Source: a virus (Duplodnaviria; Caudoviricetes). From it: DNA of 58,013 nt. A program made the translations under genes and the position numbers. Position 1 is the stretch's first letter, and every line of letters begins with the position of its first letter. The stretch spans positions 1 to 58,013 of IMG/VR virus record IMGVR_UViG_3300032157_000010; one strand, 5' to 3'. Under the pieces are notes generated by a model that was given only the letters and a program-made list of their open reading frames with translations, was not told the DNA's origin and ran no database searches. Below are positions 17,778-26,500 of the stretch, one piece after another.

Positions 17778-18002
17778 ATGAGATCGGAGGCTTTGGACCG
17801 CATCGATTGGGCAGCCGTCGTCAGAAAAGTGCTCGACAGGCATCCGGGTGCCGAGGTGCCCGATGCTGCCGTCGAGGAACTCGGCATGGAAATGCGGGAG
17901 CGCTGCCAGGCGGTGTTCTCCGGAGCGGCTAGGGGAATCAAGCGGTCAGTCGACAAGCATGTCGCGCTGGGCATGATCCGTCATCCGGAAGGGGGAAGGT
18001 GA
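17778..18002 (+). CDS. Hypothetical protein
   Basis: Coupled ORF in the operon. Confidence 0.55.
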   Translation: MRSEALDRIDWAAVVRKVLDRHPGAEVPDAAVEELGMEMRERCQAVFSGAARGIKRSVDKHVALGMIRHPEGGR

Positions 18003-18003
18003 C

Positions 18004-18342
18004 ATGGGGAAGATGTCGCGCACGAAGGGATCGCTCATGGAAAGAGCGATCGTGAAGATCCTGCAGGGCTGCGGCTTTGCAGCGGAGCGCGTGCCGCTCT
18101 CGGGCGGGGCGGGGGGCAAGTTCTCGGGCGATATCGACCTGCCCTATAACGGCCGCGACACGCGCTGGGAATGCAAGATCAGGGCCGACGGCTTCAAGGA
18201 GATCTATTCCTGGCTCGCCGATCACCACGGCCTGTTCATCCGCGCCGACCGGAAGGAAGCTTTGGTCGTGCTCCGGCTTTCCGATTTCCTCGATGTGATC
18301 AAGGCGGCCGAAGGCGAACGGGTCAAGAAGGAGGCGGCATGA
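18004..18342 (+). CDS. Hjc-like Holliday junction resolvase (PD-(D/E)xK)
   Basis: SR.KG...ER, RVPLSG, GDI, ECK. Confidence 0.85.
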   Translation: MGKMSRTKGSLMERAIVKILQGCGFAAERVPLSGGAGGKFSGDIDLPYNGRDTRWECKIRADGFKEIYSWLADHHGLFIRADRKEALVVLRLSDFLDVIKAAEGERVKKEAA

Positions 18343-18542
18343 CCCGCCAGGAGCGCCGCGCGATCCGCCATGATGTCCGCAAGATCTGGTTCTGGGCGAT
18401 GCTGATCACGGTGATGGCGGCGGTTGCGCTTAGGCGCCAGCCCTGGTTTGCCATCGAGTGGTGGTGGGTGCCGGTTAGCGCAGTCGCGATCAATGCGCTG
18501 TGCACATGGCTGGCGACGAAGATGGTTTGGGGGAACAGATGA
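18339..18542 (+). CDS. 2-TM membrane protein
   Basis: GGAGG RBS; ATGA coupling. Confidence 0.6.
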   Translation: MTRQERRAIRHDVRKIWFWAMLITVMAAVALRRQPWFAIEWWWVPVSAVAINALCTWLATKMVWGNR

Positions 18543-18826
18543 GCCAAGCCAAGGGTGGAGAGATCGTCGGGCACAGGATCGAACTCGACGCGGATCGCTA
18601 TGTGTGGGTCGGCCGTGACGATGAGCATTTCTATCTTCTGTTCGTCAACGGCAAAGTGGAAACGCGCATTGCGCTGTCGCGGGAAGCGGCCGAGGCGCTG
18701 CACCGGCTGCTCAGTCCCAGCTTCCCCGAACATGCGGTCAAGATGTTCATGCCGCTCCTGGAAAGCCTAGCCGATGGCGCTGCCGGCCGGATGGTCTGGC
18801 GAGAGGTAGCGGAGCCGCCGAAATGA
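18539..18826 (+). CDS. Hypothetical protein
   Basis: ATGA coupling. Confidence 0.6.
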   Translation: MSQAKGGEIVGHRIELDADRYVWVGRDDEHFYLLFVNGKVETRIALSREAAEALHRLLSPSFPEHAVKMFMPLLESLADGAAGRMVWREVAEPPK

Positions 18827-19251
18827 AGCGCAAGCCGCCGACGCTGCGTGAGAAGCTCGCCTCGGCGCTGCTGGAGATCTTCCGACTTCGCGGCGATCCG
18901 ATCCCGCGCGACATCGCCAAGATGATGTCCGCGGACCAGATCTGTTCGCTGGTACAATGGGACCACGATGCCGGCTTCGTCGCCCATGGCGCGGGCAATC
19001 ATCCGACCGAGATCTCGCCGCGCCTGATCCTGGAGCATCGCTGGAAGACCAGCAAGGTCGACCAGCCGGCCATTGCGAAATGCGACAGGCTCTCCCAGGC
19101 GCATGACGAATTCCGGGCCCGCGTGCTCGCGATCAAGGAGGGACGCCCGATCGAGAAGGCGCCGACGATCAAATCCAGGGGCTTCCCGACGAAGGAAGAG
19201 CGCCAAGCGATGAAGGAGCGCTATGCGCGCAAGAGGGAGGAGAAGGCATGA
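18823..19251 (+). CDS. Degenerate HNH-like protein
   Basis: WDH......G.NH...I.P....H..KT..D..IAK. Confidence 0.6.
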   Translation: MKRKPPTLREKLASALLEIFRLRGDPIPRDIAKMMSADQICSLVQWDHDAGFVAHGAGNHPTEISPRLILEHRWKTSKVDQPAIAKCDRLSQAHDEFRARVLAIKEGRPIEKAPTIKSRGFPTKEERQAMKERYARKREEKA

Positions 19252-19484
19252 CACCGTTGGAAGCAATGGCGAAGGCAATGCGTGGACGTGACCCGCATTG
19301 TGTTCATTTGGATCTTGATGGTTATTTCCAGGAACTTGCCCGCGCCGCTCTCCTGGCTCTGGCAGAGGTGGAGTTGCCGGAGGCCGTACCGACGGCTGGA
19401 GCGATAGCAATCGACGGCATGGAAGAGAAAGCGGAAGCCGCCTTCCGCGCCATGCTGCGCGCCATTGCGGAGGCCAAATGCTGA
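19248..19484 (+). CDS. Hypothetical protein
   Basis: EAMAKA...LARAAL motif; coupled. Confidence 0.6.
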   Translation: MTPLEAMAKAMRGRDPHCVHLDLDGYFQELARAALLALAEVELPEAVPTAGAIAIDGMEEKAEAAFRAMLRAIAEAKC

Positions 19485-19792
19485 CCCAGCGCCAGGCCCA
19501 GGTGCTTCGCTTCATCGAAGAGGTGAACAAGGAGGAGGGGACCTCGCCCAGCTATGAGGAGATCATGGCGCATCTGGGCCTGGTGTCGAAATCGGGTGTG
19601 CACCGGATTGTTGGGGCTTTGGAGGAGCGCGGCTTCATCAGGCGGGTGAAGCATCGGCGCCGGGCGATCGAGGTGATCCGCAAGGTGTCATCGATCGGGG
19701 CGGTCAATGACGACTTCGAGCGCGGTTACGAGTCGGGCTACATCAAGGGCTTCGACGACGGGGTCGCCTTTGTCGAGGGGGGGAAGAAATGA
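19478..19792 (+). CDS. LexA DNA-binding-domain protein (no peptidase domain)
   Basis: MLT.RQ..VL.FI......G.SPSY.EI...LGL.SKSGVHR....LEERGFIRR. Confidence 0.9.
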   Translation: MLTQRQAQVLRFIEEVNKEEGTSPSYEEIMAHLGLVSKSGVHRIVGALEERGFIRRVKHRRRAIEVIRKVSSIGAVNDDFERGYESGYIKGFDDGVAFVEGGKK

Positions 19793-19995
19793 GTGCTGAC
19801 TATCGATGCAAGTCCTGCGGCGGCGTGGTCCCGCGCGGATATCGCATGAAGCAATGCAGTTGCGGCAAGGTCATGGTGGATTGGGGCGCGAGCAATTACA
19901 GCACGATCAGGGTGCTTTGGCCTAGCGGCAACCCCGATGACTGGGTCGAGGTGATCGACCAGATGATGATGCCGGAAGATGAGGACAAGAAATGA
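19789..19995 (+). CDS. Small Zn-ribbon protein
   Basis: CKSCG...CSCG. Confidence 0.6.
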   Translation: MSADYRCKSCGGVVPRGYRMKQCSCGKVMVDWGASNYSTIRVLWPSGNPDDWVEVIDQMMMPEDEDKK

Positions 19996-20162
19996 GCTAC
20001 GCCCGGCGTATGCTTTCCTGGCTTTTCGGGGCGGGACGGGAGGAGGCTTTGCCCAAGCTCAAGCTTATCGAATCGTGCCCGTCACCGCTAGCTCGACGAA
20101 ATGATAGCTGGCCCGCCCTGCCAAAATTGCAGATAAAGCAATGATGGCAAGGTTGACCGGGC

Positions 20163-20399
20163 CTATCTTGCCAGCAGCTTCAAGGCATCTTCCAATCGCC
20201 AATTGGCGCCGAGCAGGGCGGAGATGACGGCTAGTTTGATGAGCCAGTGATCGAAGACAAGCGTCCAGTTGATCCCGGCCTTTGGAGCTTTCAACGCGCG
20301 GATTTCCTTTCGCAAGCCTCGGATATCCTGTCGCAGGACGGCCTGATTTCTCAAAACCTCCCGCAAGTCCTGGGAGATCGCCCAGAGCTGATGTGTCAT
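20163..20399 (-). CDS. Coiled-coil plus TM protein (possible holin-like lysis gene)
   Basis: Follows the spanins; single C-terminal TM. Confidence 0.45.
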   Translation of the reverse strand: MTHQLWAISQDLREVLRNQAVLRQDIRGLRKEIRALKAPKAGINWTLVFDHWLIKLAVISALLGANWRLEDALKLLAR

Positions 20400-20565
20400 A
20401 GGTCCGGTCCCAGAAGTCTGCGCGCTGTTTCATCGAGTTGTCTTCTTCCATACCGAGTGAGAGTCATGCTATGACGCTGGCTGGGCCTTTACAGGCTCCT
20501 TGACCAGGCCGGGGAATCTCCTGTCGCGCGCAAGCACTGGACGAAACCGGCCTGGTCTTGAGAAG

Positions 20566-20769
20566 TTACGGCTTGGCCTTGAGCAGCCGGGCGTGAATCG
20601 CATTGTGCCGCCGGATCTGCTTCACCGTCTCTGGCGTGTCGGCCGTCGACCAGGAGATGTAAGAATACGCCTTGGGATCACTTCTTACGATCACGACAGG
20701 CTCGGGATTGCTCGCACAGCCGCCCAAGGCCGGCGCGATCAGAAGGAGTAGGAGAGCGCTGCTCTTCAT
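20566..20769 (-). CDS. o-spanin (Rz1-like lipoprotein)
   Basis: Lipobox LGGC; overlaps the i-spanin 3' end; WS..DTPETVKQIRRHNA. Confidence 0.8.
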   Translation of the reverse strand: MKSSALLLLLIAPALGGCASNPEPVVIVRSDPKAYSYISWSTADTPETVKQIRRHNAIHARLLKAKP

Positions 20770-21037
20770 CGAGCGCGTGCTGGACCGCTTCGGCGACTTT
20801 GATGTCATTGTCTTCATTCGCTTTCTGGATTGCCTTGTGCCAGCGCGCGGCTTCCTCCGCGACGGCCTGCTTCAACTCGCCACGCATATGCACCCATGTC
20901 CAAGCCGCCGGCGCCCCCATCAGCACCAGCGCCAGCAGGCCGCCGACGGCAATGAGGGCAAATCTGGGCCCCGCCCAGGGCGCCACCCAGCGGAACAGCG
21001 GCCAGATGAACTGGCCGGCAAGACCGATAAGCCACAT
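20678..21037 (-). CDS. i-spanin (Rz-like)
   Basis: N-terminal TM, helical periplasmic part, C-terminal Cys pair. Confidence 0.7.
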   Translation of the reverse strand: MWLIGLAGQFIWPLFRWVAPWAGPRFALIAVGGLLALVLMGAPAAWTWVHMRGELKQAVAEEAARWHKAIQKANEDNDIKVAEAVQHALDEEQRSPTPSDRAGLGRLCEQSRACRDRKK

Positions 21038-21038
21038 A

Positions 21039-21857
21039 TCACGCTCCTTTTTCCTTCAGGTCGGAGAGGCGTGCGTAAATCGTGACCATGCGCGCCGAGA
21101 GAGAAATCACCACGCCGAACACTGCAAACCACGGCCAGTACTGGGCAAGGCTGCCGATGCCGTCGCCGATCGCGAGCGCGTCGGGCAGGCTCTCGATCAG
21201 GGTTTTGGAGGTGATCGCGGCAATCACCACGCCGTCGCCCAGCGTGGCCCCGGCGAGCTGGGCGCGCAGCGTGCGAGAATTGGATCCCGTCACCGGCTCG
21301 CGATAGCCCAGCAATTGCGACTTGGGATAGTTGGCGATCTTGACGCTGTCGCCCTGATTGCCGCCCAGCACCGAAATATGGGTGGCGTTCTCCGACAGAT
21401 AGAAGCCGACATGGCCCTGCCAGGAGGAGGGCGAGCCGCGCCAGAACACCACCACGCAGCCGGGATAGGGCTTGGTGACCTTCTTGCCCCATTGCAGGAA
21501 GGAGCGGGCGGCCAGCGATTTGGAGCCGGGCACGCCGCAGCGCTCGAGCATCGCATTGGCAAAGCCGGCGCACCAAGAGGTTTCCTCGGTGTCGATCCCG
21601 GCAAAGCCGGCATCCTTGAAGTAGCCCATGATCTTGGGATTGTCGGCCTCGCCGGCGAACTCCTTGACCCCGATCTCGGATCGAGCCAGCGCCAGCCATT
21701 TCGGCTCGCCGGCGGGACGGGGTGGAACTTTGGGCCCGGCCGGCGGGTTGGGCTGGGATGGGACGGGTTTGTCATCGGTCCCGTCCGCCGCGGCAGGCGG
21801 CAGGGAAGGGCCGCCCCATCGGAAGATGAGGCGCAACAGATCGAGAAGGCTTTTCAT
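21039..21857 (-). CDS. Endolysin, TIGR02594/NlpC-P60-like, with C-terminal TM helices
   Basis: WL..AR.EIG.KE, ET.WC..F, ARSFL.WG, GHVGF, LGGNQ. Confidence 0.88.
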   Translation of the reverse strand: MKSLLDLLRLIFRWGGPSLPPAAADGTDDKPVPSQPNPPAGPKVPPRPAGEPKWLALARSEIGVKEFAGEADNPKIMGYFKDAGFAGIDTEETSWCAGFANAMLERCGVPGSKSLAARSFLQWGKKVTKPYPGCVVVFWRGSPSSWQGHVGFYLSENATHISVLGGNQGDSVKIANYPKSQLLGYREPVTGSNSRTLRAQLAGATLGDGVVIAAITSKTLIESLPDALAIGDGIGSLAQYWPWFAVFGVVISLSARMVTIYARLSDLKEKGA

Positions 21858-21961
21858 GGGATTGCCTCGGTTTGGTCGGACTATATTACAACAGGTCGAG
21901 GGGATTTCTGCGCCACAGCGGGCAAAAAACTGCTGCCCCACTCAAGGTGACGGCGGCGTTT

Positions 21962-23509
21962 TTAAGACGCCAACTCAGTCACAATCAGAGTGCATTTTGC
22001 AGTTCCGCCAAAGATGCGCCCCCCTGTGTTGCCGTTCAGGCGCAGGGCAGAAGAACCGGTATCCGGACCAACACGGACAGAGTAGGTCACAGAGCCCGAG
22101 GTCGCCGGGGAATCGATGAAGTCCAGGGAAATGCCGCAAGGGTTATCGACGCTATCGAAAGCACCAACTGCCTGCGCGTTGATGCAAGTCGTTCCTCTAA
22201 AGACAGCCACCATTATTCTGTCAGATGCGGCTGCTACTGAGCCCCAAATCGTGACTTCGAGTTTCACCCGGCTGGACGTGCTGGCGAGAGTGATCGCCTG
22301 GGAAAGTATTTCTGTGCCTTCTGATGACGTCGGCGTCGTGTCATCGTAAGGGATGACGGTAGAAAGGTTTGTGTTCGTGACGTAGTCTGTTGACAGCATC
22401 TGGAGAACAAGGCCGCTACCGCTGGCCGACGCGTTGAGCGTGGTCCCGGTGATGCTGAGGCCAGTTCCCAGAGTGAGGTGAGCGGCCGTGTCGGCGCTGT
22501 CGTCCCAGAAATAAATCCGGTCGGCACCGGGATCGGCCAGCGTCAGCAGCGAGCGGCCCGCCGCGGCCGTCGTCAGCGCGGCAATCGCAGTGAGGTCTGC
22601 ATCCAGCGGCTGATAGGCCGCATTCCCCTCGCTCGGTGTCAGGAAGAAGGCGTCCACTTCGGCGGCCAGCGCCGTTGCATTTGCCAGCGCGAGCAGTGAG
22701 CGTCCATAGGCTGTTGTGGAAAGCGCCGCGATCGCCGTCAGGTCGGCATCGAGCGGCTGGTAGGCCGCATTGCCCTCGGCCGGAGTCAGGAAGAAATCAT
22801 CGATCTCGGCGGCGAGCGCATCGTCATCGGCGAGGGTGAGCAGCGAGCGGCCATAGGTCGTCGTGGTCAGCGCGGCGATTGCGTCCAGATCGGCATCATG
22901 CGCCTGGACATCGGTTCCGATCGCCACCCCCAGCGTCGTGCGCGCCGTGGCGGCGTCCGCATCGTCTAGGAGCGCCTCAATGAACGGCGTCACCGTCGCC
23001 AGGTCGATATCGGCGGCCGCGACATTGTCGAAGCCGTCCTCGTCGGTATTCCAGGCGATCAGCTTGCCGGCATCGGGCTCGGGAAGCGAGAGCGGGCCCC
23101 TTGCCTCGGCAGTGATGGCTAGGCGCGGCGCCTGGTCCACCAGCGTCTTGACATGCTGGATCTGCATCAAGGCTTTATCCAGCCCGGCTTCGATCGTCGC
23201 GGAGGAAAAGCCCGAGCCTGGGGTGAAGTCAGACGATTGCAGGAAGTCGGGAAGCCGATAGATGGTTACCCGTGTGCCATCGGCCGGGCGGAAATCCGTT
23301 GGCGCCGTGCCGAAGGTGACCGTCCCGGTGTCGCCGGGATCGGAAATTTCTATTTCCACCCCATTGGTCTTCACCGTGTCGACGCCGGCGGCCGACGTCA
23401 CCACCACGACGATCTGACTTTCCGCGGTATACGAGAACGGGATGGCGAAGATCGACTGAGTCCCATTGGGTTCATATTGAATCAGGTTCGCGGCCGTGCT
23501 GATCGTCAT
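21962..23509 (-). CDS. Tail fibre (T7 gp17-like N-terminal adaptor)
   Basis: NGTQ..F.IPF.Y N-terminus, LD...M..Q motif, internal 49-aa repeats. Confidence 0.85.
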   Translation of the reverse strand: MTISTAANLIQYEPNGTQSIFAIPFSYTAESQIVVVVTSAAGVDTVKTNGVEIEISDPGDTGTVTFGTAPTDFRPADGTRVTIYRLPDFLQSSDFTPGSGFSSATIEAGLDKALMQIQHVKTLVDQAPRLAITAEARGPLSLPEPDAGKLIAWNTDEDGFDNVAAADIDLATVTPFIEALLDDADAATARTTLGVAIGTDVQAHDADLDAIAALTTTTYGRSLLTLADDDALAAEIDDFFLTPAEGNAAYQPLDADLTAIAALSTTAYGRSLLALANATALAAEVDAFFLTPSEGNAAYQPLDADLTAIAALTTAAAGRSLLTLADPGADRIYFWDDSADTAAHLTLGTGLSITGTTLNASASGSGLVLQMLSTDYVTNTNLSTVIPYDDTTPTSSEGTEILSQAITLASTSSRVKLEVTIWGSVAAASDRIMVAVFRGTTCINAQAVGAFDSVDNPCGISLDFIDSPATSGSVTYSVRVGPDTGSSALRLNGNTGGRIFGGTAKCTLIVTELAS

Positions 23510-23520
23510 GGGTCATCCAT

Positions 23521-23545
23521 AAAAAAAGCCACCCGAAGGTGGCTG
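23521..23545 (-). terminator. Intrinsic terminator
   Basis: agccacc-ttcg-ggtggct followed by a T tract on the minus strand. Confidence 0.75.
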
Positions 23546-23567
23546 ATGGGAACAGGGATAGGTGATG

Positions 23568-26500
23568 CTACCGAGATGCGCGCTCAGGGATACCCAGCGC
23601 CTCGTTGAGGCCGGCTTCGATCTGGTCAATCGGCTTGCGCAGATAGAAAATGTTCTGCCCGGGGATGACCTGTCTGATGCGATGATTGTCTTTCCGGGTC
23701 CATTGCCTGTCGTCGAACACCGAACCGGCAATGTCGAGTGCATCCTCGGCCAGGCCGAAGGTCGGCCCCGCCAGCGACTGCAAGGTGTTGCGGCTGGCAT
23801 AGCGCGAGATCGGCTTGCCGGTCAGGGCGGCCAGACCGACCTTGCCACGCGAGACTTTCTCGACCAGATTATTGCCTTCCATCAGGATGCCGGCAAGGCC
23901 GGACCTGTCGAAGGCTTCACCCATGAACACCCCCCAATTGGTGTCATCGATGGAGGTTGGGATCAGCGCGGGCTTGCCGGCCATCTCGCCCTTGAGATAG
24001 TAGACCAGCCCGCCCAGAACCATCGATAGCAAAGCGCCATTTACGGCTGCGGCGTCGCGCTGTTGCAGTCCGGCGATCAGCATCTTTTGGGTCGCCGAGA
24101 AGGCGAACGACTTGAACTGCAGCATCAGCGCCCCGGTCATGGTCGAGGCGAATTTGGGTTTCTCGCCGACGCTCGGAGTAACAATGGTGCGGTCGATGTC
24201 CTTGCGCAAGGCGACCGAGAGGGCATCGCGGACATTGCCGGCCTCGGGCGCCCAGTTCTCGGCATTCGGCAGCCACAGGCCGTTCTTCTTGACGCCGTGC
24301 TGCTTGAACTCGATGCCCATGCGCCGCGCGGCACCATCGGAGATGCCCAGGAACGCCATATATTCCTGCTCGCCCTTGGACAAGGTCTTGCCCTCGGCGC
24401 GCTTGACGGCGTTGCGCATGATACGGTTCAGCGTCATGATGCTCGCGAACTGCTTCATGGTGGCGTTCCATGGCGCCATCAGCGAGACCATGCCGAACTG
24501 GCGGCCGCCCGACTGGACGAGGCGCTCGAACTTGGTGTTCTGGCCCCAGGTGTCGGAGATGTCGGCCATGCGCAAGGCGCGGCTGTCGGTGATCATTTCG
24601 GCGACGCCATGCAGCCTTTCGAGCTCGCGCGCGGTCTTCTTGAACTGGCCGAAATTGGCAAACATCGGAATGAGGCCGTCGGAGAAGGTGCGGGCAAGGC
24701 CGTGCACCATGACGAAACGTGCCGGGTCGGTGAAGGCCGAGACCGTCATCCCGCCCAGCTTGGACATATAGCTGAGGGTGAGGGCAGTGCGCCCGACGCG
24801 CAGCATGACGGCTTCGGGGTCTTCGGGGATCTTGTACTGGCCCCGCAGCCGGTCGCGGATGGCGGCGACATTGCGGAAGGTCTCGTCCTTTTCCCGCTGG
24901 AGCTTGCGGCGTTCGGCGTCGGTCTTGGCGGCATTGAGCAGCGCGGAATAGTCCTCGTCGATGTCCTTGAATTTGGTGATCATGTCCGGGGTGCCGAAGC
25001 GCTTGGCCAGTTCGATGTCGGAGATCATGGTGTGCGCATAGGAGCGCAAGAGCATGTCGATATCGCGCTCCAGGAAAGGCTCGATCAGCTTGTCCGGGAT
25101 CAGCCATGATCTGGCAGCGAGCGGCCCCCTGGCGTCCATGTCGGCGCCGAAGGCCTGCTGCTTGACGGATGGGGCGTCATAGGGCAGGCGGCCTTCGGGG
25201 GTGCCGATGATGCGGGAGATGATCTGGTCGGCAAGGCCGGGGAGTTCGGCCGGGTCCTTGGGCTCTTGGCCCGCGATCTTCTCGGCGGCGTCGCGCACGG
25301 GTTTGAGCATCTGTTCGGGCCGGCGCTTGGCGGAGGGGTCGCGGGCTTCGTCGGCCTTACGCCTTGCCTCAATGGCAGACTGAGCCTCGCCGGCGGTCTT
25401 GCCCTGGTAGGCTTCGACCTGTTCCTGAACGAGCTTCTCGATCTCCTTCAGCCGGACTTTGGCGGTTTGGATGGCGAGCTGGTCGGCTTCATCCTTGAGG
25501 ACGGCGGCCTCGTCGGTGGTGGAGACTCGGCCCTCCTCACGCGCCTTCTTGTCGGCTTTGGCCTGGCGCTCGGCGCGTTTCTGGATGCGGGTCTCGGCCG
25601 CGGCGATCTCGCCCTCGACGCTGGTGAGTTCATCCATCGACGCGCGCAAGGCATCGCGCACCCGGGCGTTGGATTTCTCCACCTCTCCCAGCCACTGCAC
25701 GATGACCTTCTTGAACTCGGGCCGGTTGTCGATGATCTTCTTGCGATCGTAAAGACGCATCATATAAGTGGGGGCAGTCTCGGGCGTGACGCCTTCGGGC
25801 AGCAGGCCGAGCTTGATGGCTTCGTCCTTCCATTTATCGAAATGCGGGCGCAGCCGCTTGGCGAGCGCTGCGACTTCGGCGATCTCATGGCTGTCGCCTT
25901 CGGCCATGGCGCGGCCGACGGCTTCGCGGAACTGCTTGAAATCCAGCTTGTCGCCGGAGCCGGTGAAGTAATCGCTGAGCGAGGTGACGGTGAGGTCGCC
26001 GGTGCGGCGCTTGTCGGTTCCCTTGCGGTACTTCATGAAGGCATCGTCGATGGCGGTGAAGCCGTCGGCCAGCATCTGCCCTTGGAAGGTCTTGATGCGG
26101 CTCTCCACCGCGCCATACTGGCCCTGTTCGGCACCGCCTCTTGCGGTCTCGAACCAATCGGCATGGTCGGCGCGATAGACGCCACTCTCCTGCAGCTCGT
26201 CTGCGACTTGGCGTGCGATGCGCGAGGAGGCGTTCTGCAGCCACAGGCCAGGGGCCAGCCGGGCAAGGCCCTTCTCGAGGCCGATGCCGGTCGATTTCAG
26301 GCGGTAATCGCCGGTCTGGGACGCGGCGGCACCGACCGAGCTTGCCCCTTGCCGCGGCGCTTTGGCCATGGCTGCACGCTTGCGCCCGTCGGCGCGCTCG
26401 GCGATTTTGCCGGCATCGATCTTGGCGAAGATGTCCTCGGCCGAGTTCATCCCCTTACCGGTCAGCGCGTTCCTGACAGCCTCAAGGAAATTGCGCACCC

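Noticed and set aside
18330-18342. Frequent C-terminal Ala-Ala ends as ClpXP degrons
   Set aside because: They are largely explained by GGAGGCGGCATGA-type RBS/stop/start overlaps and cannot be separated from a degron role using sequence alone.
20502-20557. 11-bp inverted repeat with GAAAC as a possible hammerhead
   Set aside because: It lacks CUGAnGA and is more simply a stem-loop after the spanin genes.
21962-23509. Diversity-generating retroelement, as in BPP-1-like phages
   Set aside because: No reverse transcriptase ORF and no TR/VR pair differing at adenines was seen.
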